64,000 bases of DNA from an uncultured Chloroflexia bacterium (lineage in GTDB: Bacteria; Chloroflexota; Anaerolineae; CG2-30-64-16): NCBI GenBank assembly GCA_963810095.1, contig CAWEMM010000006.1, positions 1,728,001-1,792,000 of the forward strand. Reading direction: 5' to 3'. The first letter of the stretch is position 1; each line of letters begins with the position of its first letter. This document shows, piece after piece, positions 52,830 through 64,000 of the stretch. The position numbers were made by a program, and so were the translations under genes. The notes under the pieces were generated by a model, which ran no database searches, had not been told where the DNA came from, and saw only the letters and a program-made list of their open reading frames with translations.

Positions 52830-54543
52830 ATGCGAACCTACTTGGTCAGCCTCAGCGACCATCCCCTGGCCATGCTGCGCGGCATTGCCGAGCTGCGGGG
52901 CGTGACCCTCGCGTCCAATGCCAGGGATGAGGCTGCCGCGCAGCTGGCCGCGGCGCTGGCGGACGAAGGCTCGACTACGGCGGCGATCGGAGCCGCGCCG
53001 CCCGACGCGCAGCTGGCCTGGACGGCGCTGCGCAGGGCCGGCGGCAGGATGAAGGCTTCGACTTTCGCCCGCCAGTTCGGCGAGATTCGCCCCGCTGGGC
53101 CCGGACGCCTGGAGCGGGAGGCGCTGTGGCGCAGCCCGGAAAGCGCAGCAGAGGCACTGTGGTACCGCGGGCTCATTTTCCGCTCGTTCGCCGACTTCGG
53201 CGACGGGCCGATGGAATATGTCTACATCCCCGAGGACCTGCCGCTGCCGCCGCTTGCCACGCCAAAGCCCCGCAGCGCGGCCTTGCCCGCTGTGCCCGCA
53301 CCCGGCCGGGCCCGTCATGCGCTCAACAGCCTGGCCGTCGACGCGTGCACCGTTCTGGCGGCGGTGCGCGAAGCGCCGCTGCCACTTACGGAGATAGCAG
53401 GGCCCGGGGGAGGGGTTGCTTGGCTCCGGGCAGGCAGGGTTACTCCTGCCCGATCCGGCCCGGTCGGACTTGCTCCTGACACTTGCAACCGGGCTTGGCT
53501 GGCTGGCAGCCGACCGGGGACGGTGGGTGCTCGACAACCAGCGCACTGGGGGCTGGCTGCGGCTGACGCATTGGGAGCAAATGTCGCTGCTGTTCACATC
53601 GTGGCGTGACAGCACCAGGTGGAACGACCTGCGCCATGTCGCCGGGCTTGTCTGCGAGGGCGAGTGGGCGAACGATCCGGGGTTGGCTCGCCGCAAGCTG
53701 CTGGGGTTTCTTAAGCGGCTTGACGGCCGCACATGGTACAAGATCGCGGACCTGATCGCCGCCATTAAAACCGCCGATCCAGACTTCCAGCGTCCCGACG
53801 GCAACTACGCCGGCTGGTACATTCGCGACGCGGAGAGCGGGCGCTACCTCAGCGGGTTCGAGTCGTGGGAGTGGGTGGAGGGGCGTCTGCTACGGTTCTT
53901 GATCGAAGGCCCGCTGTTTTGGCTCGGCGCGGTGGCGCTGGATGCTGCTGCGACCGGGCCGGCATCGGGGGGCCAGGCGCAGCTCTTCCGGCTCACACCC
54001 GCGGGGGCGGCCTGGTTGGCGCGGCGGATGCCACAGGAGCCCCCGCAGCCGGCACGGCTGACGGTGGGCGACGACTTTGTCGTCACCGCGCCGCTGCTGA
54101 CGCCGCTGCTCGACCGTTTCCGCCTGGCGCGCTTCACGGACGCGCTCCCTGTGGAACCCTGGGAGTCGCGGCGGGAAACGCTCGTCCCTCGGGGAACGCG
54201 GCACCGCATCAGCCGGGCCAGCCTTGCGCGGGCCCGCGAGGACGGCTTGAAACCCGAGGACGCGGTTGCCTTTCTCAGGCGAGCGGCGGGGGGCCGGCTG
54301 CCGGCGAAAGTGGCGGCGGCCATCGAGCGCTACAGCCAGTTGGGCGGGCAGGTACGGGTCACACGTGGCGCGGTCTTGCGGGTCACGGATGCGAGCACGC
54401 TCGCTGCGCTGCGGAGCGATCCGGCCATCGCGCCGCTGCTGGGGGAGGTGGTTTCGGCGCAGGCGGTCATCGTGCCCGAAAAGCACGTCGACCGCCTGCT
54501 TGCGATTTTGAAGGACAGCAGCTACACCGTCGATGCGGCGTAG
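52830..54543 (+). CDS. Helicase-associated-domain protein (XPB/Ssl2 N-terminal-like; frameshift near 53410)
   Basis: C-terminal LTVGDDFVV...HRISRASLARA...FL...LP pattern; no Walker motifs; two overlapping frames. Confidence 0.6.
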
Positions 54544-54562
54544 CGAGCCGCCGGTCTCTGTT

Positions 54563-56203
54563 CTAGCGTAAGCCGGGCAGATGCTTGACCAGCCGCAGCC
54601 CGGCGACGAAAACGGCCTGGTTCGCGTCGCGTGAGAGATAGGGCAGCGGCAGCAGCGGGCTGATCCTGGCGGCCGAAACATTCTGCGATTCGGTGTACTT
54701 CAGCATACCCTCCATGCCATGACGGCGGCCGAGGCCCGAGTCTTTCATGCCGCCCATCCCCGCGCCCATCGCGGCCCACGGTATCTGGTACGTCTCGTTC
54801 ACGCTGACGGTGCCACACTGGAGCCGGCTGGCGACGCGCACGGCCTTCCGTTCATCCTGGCTAATGACGCCCGCATTCAACCCATATGCCGAGTCGTTTG
54901 CCCGTTCGATCGCCTCGTCGACCGAATCTACCCGGTAGACAGAGACGACCGGCCCGAACGTTTCTTCGGCGTAGCACTGCATTTCGGGGGTCACGCCGGT
55001 CAGGATCGTGGGTTCGAAGAAGTAAGGGCCGATGTCGGGTCGGGCGCGTCCACCCGCCAGGACCTGGGCGCCCTTGGCCACGGCATCGTCGACATGCTCC
55101 GCGGTCTTATCGCGCTGGCTGGCGCCGATCAACGACCCTATGTCGACGGAGTAGTCGAGCGCGGGGCCAACCTTGAGCGCCCGTGTACGGGCGACAAAGG
55201 CGTCGAGAAACCGATCGTAAACGGCGGAATGGACGTACACCCGCTCGAATGAAACGCAGAGCTGGCCGGCCCCGCCGTAGCTCCCATGCGTTGCGGTCCA
55301 TGCCGCCCGCTCGACATTGGCATCGTCGAGGACAAGCAGGGGGTTCTTGCCGCCCAGCTCCAGCGACGACTTGATCAGCCTGCGTCCTGCCTGCGCCCCG
55401 ACCTTGCGGCCCACTTCCGTGCTACCCGTGAAGCCGAGGAAATCGACCTGGTCGATCAGCGGTTCGCCCAGCACGCTGCCTTTGCCCGTCACAATCTGGA
55501 ACAGATCGCCGGGCAACCCGGCCTCATACAGCAGGCGCACGCCGTACAGCGCGCTGAACGGCGTCAATTCGGCGGGCTTGAGCAAGATCGCGTTACCGGC
55601 CAGGAGGGCGGGGACCGCGTCCGAGATCGGCACCGTCAGGGGATAGTTCCAGGGTGCGATGATCCCGACCAGGCCGACCGGATGATGATACTCCCATGCA
55701 GCCAGGAGCAGGGGGATGAACGCCTGGCGGCGCCGGCGCCTTAAGAACTCTTCCGCGTGGACCGCGTAATAGCGGGCGTACATGGCCACCTCGAGGACTT
55801 CCTCGAGGGCGTGCGCCCGAGACTTGCCTCCCTCGACCTGCAGGAGGTCAAGGACGGATTCGATGCGGTCGAGCAGCAGGTCGTGGAAACGCAGGAACAC
55901 CCTGCGCCGCTCGGCCAACGGCCGGTCTGCCCACGCCCTCTGCGCGGCGCGCGCCCGCTCGGCCGCCACCTTGACGTCCTGCGGCATGCAGGATGGCACC
56001 GTGCCAATGTATTCGGCGTTGAATGGGGCGTAAACGTCGGTCTGCGGCCGCTGGCGGTCGGCCAGTGCGACCATCTCGGGGAGGCCTCGGATGAGAGGCG
56101 CGACACGGCCCGCCAGGCCGCTCTTTGAACGTTGCATCGCCTCCATGGGCGCACTCGGGCCGGCGCCCTGCACCGTTTTTGTCGTTCCGACCGCGGCAAC
56201 CAT
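54563..56203 (-). CDS. NAD(P)-dependent aldehyde dehydrogenase (succinate-semialdehyde dehydrogenase-like)
   Basis: PWNYP, FTGST, LELGGKN, GQLCVS and EETFGP. Confidence 0.93.
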   Translation of the reverse strand: MVAAVGTTKTVQGAGPSAPMEAMQRSKSGLAGRVAPLIRGLPEMVALADRQRPQTDVYAPFNAEYIGTVPSCMPQDVKVAAERARAAQRAWADRPLAERRRVFLRFHDLLLDRIESVLDLLQVEGGKSRAHALEEVLEVAMYARYYAVHAEEFLRRRRRQAFIPLLLAAWEYHHPVGLVGIIAPWNYPLTVPISDAVPALLAGNAILLKPAELTPFSALYGVRLLYEAGLPGDLFQIVTGKGSVLGEPLIDQVDFLGFTGSTEVGRKVGAQAGRRLIKSSLELGGKNPLLVLDDANVERAAWTATHGSYGGAGQLCVSFERVYVHSAVYDRFLDAFVARTRALKVGPALDYSVDIGSLIGASQRDKTAEHVDDAVAKGAQVLAGGRARPDIGPYFFEPTILTGVTPEMQCYAEETFGPVVSVYRVDSVDEAIERANDSAYGLNAGVISQDERKAVRVASRLQCGTVSVNETYQIPWAAMGAGMGGMKDSGLGRRHGMEGMLKYTESQNVSAARISPLLPLPYLSRDANQAVFVAGLRLVKHLPGLR

Positions 56204-56214
56204 ACTACCCCTCC

Positions 56215-57303
<1,089 letters not shown>

Positions 57304-57423
57304 AGGATGGATTATAACCGGGGAGAGCCGTCCGCTCAATTGTGGCGCTTACAGATTCCTGCATCCATCCACGCGTCCTCTCATTCCCGCAAGGTCATCC
57401 CAGGGCAGAAGGGATGGACGCGC

Positions 57424-58365
57424 CTAAGCGGGGAAAAGGATGCTGATGACGGTAAAGGCGAGCAGCGTGACCAACGTCATCAAGGAAAGGGTGTTGACGA
57501 CAAAGATACGCTCGTCTTCCGCCGCGGCGCCCATGAACAGCGGCGCGACGAAAGGCGCGGGCAGGACGACCATCGTCATGATTGCGGCCTGCAGGAGGGG
57601 GTCGCCGCCGAAGAGCGTATTGACGATGAGCACGATCATCAGCAGGCCCAGGGGCACCCAGAAGAGGAGCCGTAGCGCACTCGCGGGCGGGGAGCGCCAG
57701 GGAGCCGCGCGTGACCCGCACCTCGTAGCCGATGACCAACGCGATCAGCGGCGTGGTGATCGCGCCCAACAGCTCAATCGTGCGGAAGACCGCATCGGCG
57801 GGCGGAACGCGCGGAGCGGCGGAACGATGCCGAGCCGGTTGAAGAGGATACCGAGGAAGATGGCGACGATCACGGGTGTCTTGACAAATCCGACGAGCGT
57901 ATCGAGCATCGACATCCGCCCGGTCGCCAGCCGGCCGATCCACGGCACGAGGACGAAGAAGACGAACAGCACCTGGCCCAGGTCGACCACGGCGAAGTTG
58001 AAGATGTTCGCCGCACCATAGACGGCGGCGTAGATCGCGTACCCCATCATGCCGGCTTCGAAGCCGGTCAGGAGCGCGGGCGTGTACGGTGAGCGGAAGC
58101 CGAGCCGGGGCCAGAAGGCGCGCGCAAGCAGCAGCGCCAGCACGCAAGCGGCGAACATGAAAGCGACGAGCGCCAGGTGCCGGCCCTCGAGGGTCACGCC
58201 GGCGAAGGCCAGGAACAGCGAGGCCGGGAGGGTGACGTTGACGACGAGCTTTTTCATTCCTCCAACGGCGGCTTCGGGCAGGAAGCCGGAGCGCCGGAAG
58301 AATGCACCGAGGAGGATGAGCAGGAGGACCGGCAGGACTTTGGAGAACGCGGTGAGGTAGATCAA
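57424..58365 (-). CDS. AEC (auxin efflux carrier) family transporter (frameshifts near 57810 and 57683)
   Basis: LVVNVTLPASLF and KTPVIVAI; three consecutive hydrophobic frames join into one protein. Confidence 0.75.
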
Positions 58366-58409
58366 TCAGGCGAGCCTTTCGTAACCCGGGCGGGGAGCGG
58401 GATGCGGGG

Positions 58410-58610
58410 TCAGCCGCCGCTAATAAGATGGATGGCCTGCACCTCGGCGCCGTCGGGCACCTTTGTCGTCTTGAAGTCCTTGCGGAGCACGACCTGCCCG
58501 TCGACCTTGACGACGATCATGCGGAAGCTGAACTTGAGCGCGTCGAGCAGGTCCTGGACGGTCATACCCGGTGCGTAGTCGACGTCGTACTGCTCGTTAA
58601 CTCGGATCAT
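58410..58610 (-). CDS. ThiS/MoaD family sulfur carrier
   Basis: 66 aa ubiquitin-like protein ending HLISGG. Confidence 0.9.
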   Translation of the reverse strand: MIRVNEQYDVDYAPGMTVQDLLDALKFSFRMIVVKVDGQVVLRKDFKTTKVPDGAEVQAIHLISGG

Positions 58611-58890
58611 CGCTGTCCTGGTCGCTGCTGGGGTTGACGGTATAGTTCGCCAGTTCCTCACGCACCACGCGCCGCAGGGTCAGCTCCAGTGGCTCGCGCT
58701 CTTGCAGCATGTAGTCACGCAGCACAGCGTTGATTGTGGTCTGGTAGTTGCCACCGCCGGCCCTATCGGCCTGATCTCGAAACCAATCAAGGATGTCGTC
58801 GTCTATCCGAATCGTGATCCGCGTCTTTCCCGCCGGCAGCGGATCAAGTGCCCCGCGCTTTCCTTTGCTGAAATCATAATGATCTTTCAT
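58597..58890 (-). CDS. BrnA family antitoxin
   Basis: YDFSKGKRG, ITIRIDDDILDWFR and YQTTINAVLR. Confidence 0.9.
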   Translation of the reverse strand: MKDHYDFSKGKRGALDPLPAGKTRITIRIDDDILDWFRDQADRAGGGNYQTTINAVLRDYMLQEREPLELTLRRVVREELANYTVNPSSDQDSDDPS

Positions 58891-59162
58891 AGCTCACCCT
58901 CGTATATCTGCCGCTCCTGCTTGTCAGCCTTCCGAGCAGAGATGATCCGCACCCTCTCTTCTCTCCACGTAAACACCACTACGAGAATTCGACCCAAGGC
59001 GTCCGAGCCAATTGCCACAAATCGCTGTTCGAATGGAAATGTGTCTTCGATCATGACCATCCGATCATCCTGAAAGATGCCAACGGCATCGAGAAAGCGA
59101 ACGCCGTGCTTCCTCTGATTAACCCGAGCCTTCTCTGGATCCCATTCGTATTCACGTGACAT
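58887..59162 (-). CDS. BrnT family toxin
   Basis: EWDPEKA..NQRKHGVRF and RIISARKA; overlaps brnA start. Confidence 0.92.
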   Translation of the reverse strand: MSREYEWDPEKARVNQRKHGVRFLDAVGIFQDDRMVMIEDTFPFEQRFVAIGSDALGRILVVVFTWREERVRIISARKADKQERQIYEGEL

Positions 59163-59173
59163 GTGTATGCACA

Positions 59174-59202
59174 ATTGTACACCGCTCCTCTCGGTGTGGC
59201 AA
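59174..59202 (-). promoter_or_regulatory. brnTA promoter with overlapping imperfect palindrome
   Basis: Minus strand TTGCCA-17 bp-TACAAT, 11 nt before ATG, no SD. Confidence 0.6.
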
Positions 59203-59216
59203 GTAACTGCGCAACC

Positions 59217-59250
59217 AAAAACGGGGGAACAGAAAACTGCTCCCCCGTCC
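59217..59250 (-). terminator. Terminator of aor
   Basis: Minus strand ACGGGGGAGCAG TTTT CTGTTCCCCCGT followed by TTTT. Confidence 0.7.
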
Positions 59251-59270
59251 TGCCTCAGGCTTCGGTTATG

Positions 59271-61436
59271 TTAGCTGTTCGCCCGTACCAACTCCACCAC
59301 GTCCGGGTAGTCGATCCCGAGTTCCTTCAGCTTCTCGACGGTCGGGATGCCGTCGGCATTCCAGCCGCGGCGCTTGTACACCGCATCCTGCAGCTTCGAG
59401 TACTGGTCCTCGCGGTACGCCCGCAGCGCGGCCATCTTCTGTTCGGTGGTCATGCCCGCCGGGTCGATGCCGACTTTCTCGCGCAACTGCTTGTCGTAGC
59501 GCTCGGCGCGGCTCTCGTACTCGGCGACGGTTACGGGGCCGGCGGAGCGGTAGGGGATCGCATCTTGCGCGCGACGTCCCGCGCCCAGCTTCAGGTTGAA
59601 GACCCGCTGGAAGTTGTACACCCGCTCGGACATGAAGATCAGGTCGTCCTTGGTCACTTCCTTGCCCGTGGTCCCTGAGAAGAGGGCGACATAGTTGGCG
59701 ACGTGCTCGGGCACCTTCGCCGGCTCGTCGGTGAACGCGTTGTCGGCCGGCTCGATGTCGTTCCAGGGCAGCTTGCACAGGCCGTTCAGCCCAAACCACG
59801 TGCGCCACATGGGGAAGTAGTGGAGCGCCTCGGCCTTGTTCTCGAACGTGGGGATGTGGTTGTTTACCATGTCCATGAAAATGAGCCAGGCCTCGTCGTG
59901 CTGGGCGCCTTTATTGGTCATGCCGTAGCCGCCCTGCTGCGCCAGGCTCTCCTTGGTCATGTACTCGGAGTACTCCATCCCCTTGTTTTCCATGCCGATG
60001 TCCTGCAGGAAAGCGGGGTCGGCGCCGAAATGCTCGGCAAAGTATTGCTTCATGCCGCGCACGCCCAGGCCCGCGACCAGGCCGAAGCCCTCGCCGCGCG
60101 CCATCTGGTGCAGCAGCTCGAGCGCGGCCGCCGCGTTGCCCGGCATGAGCTCGAGGCCGCCCGTCTTTTCCTGATCCAGGATGCCGGCCTCGTAGCACTC
60201 CATGACGAACGCGGTCAGCGTGCCAAACGAGATGCTGTCGATGCCGTACGTGTCACAGTAGAAGTTCAGCTCGATGATATCGGCCGGCTCGAAAATGCCC
60301 AGGTTGGACCCGCAGCCCGCCACCGTCTCGTACTCGGGCCCGTCGACCGTGACGCACTCGCCCTGGTACGGGCCGGTGCGGAGCACGAAATGGTCCACCC
60401 CTTTCGAGCAGGCCATCGTGCAGCCGTAGAAGCAGGAATCGGGTGCGGCCTGCGTGAACAGAGCGTCCCACACCTTCGAGTGAATTTTCTCCGCCTGCGG
60501 GTCGGCGCCATAGCGGAAGTTGTAGCACGGAAGCAAGTCGTAATCGTTCATGATCTCGACCAGGTGAGCCGTACCGACGCGGCGCATGCGGTTCTGCTCG
60601 TCGTCGAGGTCCACGATCTCCTTGTTGATCCGCTGCCCGACGGCGCGAATTCGCTTGATGTCGGCCGGATCGTTGGCCTCGGCCTTGAGGCCTGTCTTGC
60701 GGCACACGATCGCCTTGATCTTCTTGTCGCGCAGCACGGTGCCTAGCCCGCCGCGGCCGGCCTGCTTGACGCGCACGGACTTGCGGCGGGGGTCGTACCA
60801 GCTGACGTTGAGACAGCCGATGCGGGTGTGTTCGCTGCCCTCGCCTGCAGAAACGACGGAGATGTTGCGCTTGTCGCCATCGTCCTTCGCATAGAGCGCG
60901 GTCATCTGTTCGGACAACTCGTGCGTGTTGACCGCGTCGTGCGGCGCGGCCTCGATGCGGACGACGCCCGCGTCGCCATCGATGAAGATCACGACCTCTT
61001 CGCCGGCCTTGCCCTGCACCTCGAGCGCGTCCCAGCCCGCGACTTTGAGCAGGGGACCGAAGTAGCCGCCCACGTTGCTGTCGACGACGATGCCGGTGAG
61101 GGGCGAGATGCCGACGACGAGCGACTTGCCCGTGCCAGGGTAGAGAATGGTGCCTGCCAGCGGGCCAGACGCAATGACGAGTTCGTTCTCGGGGTCATTC
61201 CACTTGGTTTCGCCGGTCACCGCATGCCACAACCGCCAGAGGCCGAAGCCCTTCCCGCCGACGAACTTGGCTTTCATTTCGTCGTCGACTGGCCGCGCTT
61301 CGATATGCCCCGTCGTAACGTCGACATACAGTGTCTGTCCAGCGTAACCCCGCTCCACTTTGGGCGCGGCGTAACTGTATTCGGCCAGGACGCGGTGCGT
61401 CTGTTTCAATTCGATAATGCCTTCCAAAGTCGACAT
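59271..61436 (-). CDS. aor: Aldehyde:ferredoxin oxidoreductase (W/Mo-pterin family)
   Basis: DSNVGGYFG, AGRGGLG, KKIKAI, GPEYET, CDTYGIDSIS and RGWNADGIPT; AGGAGGA RBS before ATG 61436. Confidence 0.92.
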   Translation of the reverse strand: MSTLEGIIELKQTHRVLAEYSYAAPKVERGYAGQTLYVDVTTGHIEARPVDDEMKAKFVGGKGFGLWRLWHAVTGETKWNDPENELVIASGPLAGTILYPGTGKSLVVGISPLTGIVVDSNVGGYFGPLLKVAGWDALEVQGKAGEEVVIFIDGDAGVVRIEAAPHDAVNTHELSEQMTALYAKDDGDKRNISVVSAGEGSEHTRIGCLNVSWYDPRRKSVRVKQAGRGGLGTVLRDKKIKAIVCRKTGLKAEANDPADIKRIRAVGQRINKEIVDLDDEQNRMRRVGTAHLVEIMNDYDLLPCYNFRYGADPQAEKIHSKVWDALFTQAAPDSCFYGCTMACSKGVDHFVLRTGPYQGECVTVDGPEYETVAGCGSNLGIFEPADIIELNFYCDTYGIDSISFGTLTAFVMECYEAGILDQEKTGGLELMPGNAAAALELLHQMARGEGFGLVAGLGVRGMKQYFAEHFGADPAFLQDIGMENKGMEYSEYMTKESLAQQGGYGMTNKGAQHDEAWLIFMDMVNNHIPTFENKAEALHYFPMWRTWFGLNGLCKLPWNDIEPADNAFTDEPAKVPEHVANYVALFSGTTGKEVTKDDLIFMSERVYNFQRVFNLKLGAGRRAQDAIPYRSAGPVTVAEYESRAERYDKQLREKVGIDPAGMTTEQKMAALRAYREDQYSKLQDAVYKRRGWNADGIPTVEKLKELGIDYPDVVELVRANS

Positions 61437-61527
61437 TGACTCCTCCTGAGAGTTGAAGCTGGCGCAGAAGGCCCAAAACGAGGGCAGTCCGTCTCCGGGG
61501 CAGTATATCCGCAATTGCGGGCCGCGA

Positions 61528-61545
61528 CCATGACGCAGGTCATGG
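61528..61545. promoter_or_regulatory. Crp/Fnr-type palindromic site upstream of aor
   Basis: CCATGAC-GCAG-GTCATGG, centred at -41.5 relative to the start predicted from the minus-strand TATACT at 61502-61507. Confidence 0.5.
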
Positions 61546-61734
61546 GGGTGACAAGAGCAGGGGTTAACACAAAGTCACGGAGACACAATGGTTTCGCAGA
61601 TTGCTGTGCCGGTCATGTTCGGTGACCCTCTCACAGTCTTCGTGTCGTTGTGTCTTTGTGTTGCCAGTGAGATTGTCGGGCGGCTGGCGTACATGTATAA
61701 TAACTCGAACATAAGTATCGCCAGAAAGCAGTCT

Positions 61735-62766
61735 ATGTCTGATCGCGCCATTTCGCCGCAGGGGCGGCCCGAAGAAGTCGTCGTCGACGCTGCGCTCCGC
61801 CCGCACTCGCTCTCGGAGATGCTGGGGCAGGACCGCATGCGCGAGAACCTGAGTATCCTGATCCAGGCGGCCCGGGCGCGCGGCGAGCCGCTGGATCACG
61901 TCCTGTTTTACGGCCCCCCCGGCCTCGGCAAGACCTCGCTGGCCTGGGTGCTGAGCCACGAGATGGGCGTGGGGATGAAGGTCAGCGCGGGGCCGGCCAT
62001 CGAGCGGGCGGGCGATTTGGCCGCCATCCTGACAAATCTACGGCAGGGCGACATCCTGTTTATCGACGAGGTCCATCGCCTGGGGCGGACCGTCGAAGAG
62101 GTGCTGTACCCGGCGATGGAGGATTTCGCGCTGGATATCGTCGTGGGCAAGGGGCCAAGCGCACGCAATATCCGGCTGAAGCTGCCGCGGTTCACGCTGA
62201 TCGGCGCGACGACCCGGCTGGCGCTGATGACCGCGCCGCTGCGCGCCCGGTTTGGCGCGGTTTATCGCTTCGACTTCTATGACCTGCCCGCGATGGAGGG
62301 CATTGTCGCCCGCGCGGCCCGCCTGCTGCAGGTTCAGGCCACGCCCGATGGCATCCACGAGATTGCCCGCCGCGGCCGCGGCACGCCGCGTGTCGCGCTC
62401 CGCCTGCTGCGCCGGGCGCGCGACTTCGCGCAGGTGCGGTCGGAAGGGGTGATTACAGCAGACACGGCCCGCGAAGCCCTGGCCCTGCTCGACATCGACG
62501 ATCTCGGGCTCGACGCACTAGACCGGGCCGTCTTGGGCCGGATCATCCGGGACTTCCGGGGCGGGCCGGTGGGGCTCGAAACGATCGCGGCCGCCATCAG
62601 CGAGGAGCCGGACACGATCATGGATGTGGTCGAGCCGTACCTGCTGCAGCTGGGCTTCCTGGAGCGGACGCCGAGGGGCCGGGTCGCCACCCGCAGGGCC
62701 TACGAGCACCTGGGCGAAGCCTATCCCGAAACCGGCGAACAGCCGGGGCTGTTTGGAGAAGGATAG
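61735..62766 (+). CDS. ruvB: Holliday junction branch migration helicase
   Basis: [31 protein letters not shown] and RTPRGR. Confidence 0.96.
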   Translation: MSDRAISPQGRPEEVVVDAALRPHSLSEMLGQDRMRENLSILIQAARARGEPLDHVLFYGPPGLGKTSLAWVLSHEMGVGMKVSAGPAIERAGDLAAILTNLRQGDILFIDEVHRLGRTVEEVLYPAMEDFALDIVVGKGPSARNIRLKLPRFTLIGATTRLALMTAPLRARFGAVYRFDFYDLPAMEGIVARAARLLQVQATPDGIHEIARRGRGTPRVALRLLRRARDFAQVRSEGVITADTAREALALLDIDDLGLDALDRAVLGRIIRDFRGGPVGLETIAAAISEEPDTIMDVVEPYLLQLGFLERTPRGRVATRRAYEHLGEAYPETGEQPGLFGEG

Positions 62767-62769
62767 TAA

Positions 62770-62812
62770 AGGTGTGGGAGGGCCCCAACGGAGTTGGGGC
62801 CCTCCCACACCT
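62770..62812. repeat. Perfect 20-bp inverted repeat between ruvB and queA
   Basis: AGGTGTGGGAGGGCCCCAAC GGA GTTGGGGCCCTCCCACACCT, no U tract on the + strand. Confidence 0.7.
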
Positions 62813-62821
62813 AACTGAAAA

Positions 62822-63895
62822 ATGAAGACGAGCGACTTTGACTATGAACTGCCGGCGGAGCTGATCGCACAGACGCCGGTGGAGCCGCGGGACGCCTCGC
62901 GGCTGTTGGTTGTCGACCGGGCCCGCGGCGCGCTGACGCACCGGCGATTTGCGAACATCAGGGAGTACCTGCGGCCCGGCGACCTGTTGGTGGGCAACGA
63001 CAGCCGGACCATCCCCGCGCGGCTGCACGGGACGAAGGAAAGCGGCGGCCAGGTCGAGATCTTCCTGCTGAAGCCGCAGCCCGGCGGTGCGTGGCAGTGC
63101 CTGGTGGGTGGCAAGGGGCTGCGGCCGGGTGTGCGGGTCCGCATTCATCACGACGATCAACGGGACGTTGTTGCGACGGTTCTGAGCGAAACCGAAAGCG
63201 GGGCGCGCGTCATCGCCTTCGATCCCCCGGTGGAAGAGTGGCTGTGGGATGTGGGCGAGACGCCGCTCCCCCCGTACATCCACGAACCGCTGGTCGACGC
63301 CGAGCGCTACCAGACCGTGTACAGCCGGATCGAGGGTTCGGTGGCGTCCTCCACCGCGGGCCTGCACTTTACGCCGGAACTGCTGGTCGGGCTGCGCGAA
63401 CAGGGGGTGCGCTTCGCGACCGTGACGCTGCACATCGGGCTGGATACCTTTCGACCGGTGCAGGTTGAGAACATCGAAGAGCACCAAATCCATCGCGAGT
63501 GGGCCGAGCTGCCGGCGGAGACGGCAAAGGCGATCAACGAAACAAAGCTCGCCGGCGGTCGGGTTGTCGCAATCGGCACGACGGTCGTTCGCACACTGGA
63601 GAGCGCGGCCAAGATCGCATTCGGCGTCCGCCCCTGCGACGAGGTGCCGGAGGGTGCGGTGTGTGGCTGGCAGACGGTGGCGGCGTTTGAAGGCGAGACG
63701 GACCTGTTCATCAAGCCGGGGTTCCAGTTCCGGGCGGTGGACGCGATGGTCACGAACTTCCACCTGCCCAAGTCCACGCTGTTGATGCTGGTCAGCGCTT
63801 TCGCGGGGAAGGAACTGATCGACCGGGCGTACGCGGAAGCGATTCGGGAGCGCTACCGCTTCTACAGCTTTGGCGACGCGATGTTGATCCTCTAG
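62822..63895 (+). CDS. queA: SAM:tRNA ribosyltransferase-isomerase
   Basis: FDYELP..LIAQ, PLPPYI, YQTVY, TAGLHF, TNFHLPKST and YRFYSFGDAM. Confidence 0.97.
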   Translation: MKTSDFDYELPAELIAQTPVEPRDASRLLVVDRARGALTHRRFANIREYLRPGDLLVGNDSRTIPARLHGTKESGGQVEIFLLKPQPGGAWQCLVGGKGLRPGVRVRIHHDDQRDVVATVLSETESGARVIAFDPPVEEWLWDVGETPLPPYIHEPLVDAERYQTVYSRIEGSVASSTAGLHFTPELLVGLREQGVRFATVTLHIGLDTFRPVQVENIEEHQIHREWAELPAETAKAINETKLAGGRVVAIGTTVVRTLESAAKIAFGVRPCDEVPEGAVCGWQTVAAFEGETDLFIKPGFQFRAVDAMVTNFHLPKSTLLMLVSAFAGKELIDRAYAEAIRERYRFYSFGDAMLIL

Positions 63896-63945
63896 AAGCA
63901 AAAACCTCCGGGTCTCGATAGAGCCCGGAGGTTTTCGTTAGGGTT

Positions 63946-64000
63946 TCATTTCATCCCCATGACTTCTTGCAGCCGCTCCAGGTCCCAGTCCACGATGATC
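63946..64000 (-). CDS. 3' end of an unidentified CDS (truncated by window)
   Basis: Minus frame ...IIVDWDLERLQEVMGMK*, converging on the hairpin at 63901-63935. Confidence 0.4.
   Translation of the reverse strand, partial: IIVDWDLERLQEVMGMK

Noticed and set aside
61588-61734. Long N-terminal extensions in the ORF track (ruvB; also aor, amidase, deacetylase, SPFH)
   Set aside because: They run through promoters or repeat elements. Downstream starts fit the RBS positions or family N-termini better.
61437-62821. Moco/tungsten riboswitch before aor or preQ1 riboswitch before queA
   Set aside because: No matching conserved motifs were visible.

Overview
A GC-rich bacterial chromosome segment whose gene content and protein style suggest Chloroflexota (Anaerolineae/Caldilineae-like; inference). 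It appears to be the replication-origin region: rpmH-rnpA-yidD-yidC-jag-pfkB-parA-parB (7.8-13.4 kb), then dnaA (23.2-24.6 kb) with a DnaA-box cluster just downstream. Other content: hppA, RNase D, a phoU/coiled-coil/selB operon, a hutH-glnA-hutU-M32 carboxypeptidase run, ferredoxin, Crp/Fnr, tandem RpiR regulators, surface-glycan glycosyltransferases, comEA, rodZ-rimO, an aldehyde:ferredoxin oxidoreductase split from its MoaD/ThiS partner by a BrnT/BrnA toxin-antitoxin pair, ruvB and queA. I saw no rRNA, tRNA, CRISPR array or transposase. About ten indel frameshifts break otherwise intact genes, and eight lie at CGCG, which suggests sequencing errors at a methylated motif rather than pseudogenes. 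The best leads are several families of REP-like palindromic elements (one in-frame inside rimO), a candidate anti-Shine-Dalgarno sRNA, an unlisted 59-aa zinc-finger protein, NrdR-like boxes flanking dnaA, genes converging on the putative oriC, and a Crp/Fnr-type site at -41.5 of aor. No single clearly new multi-gene system is demonstrated.
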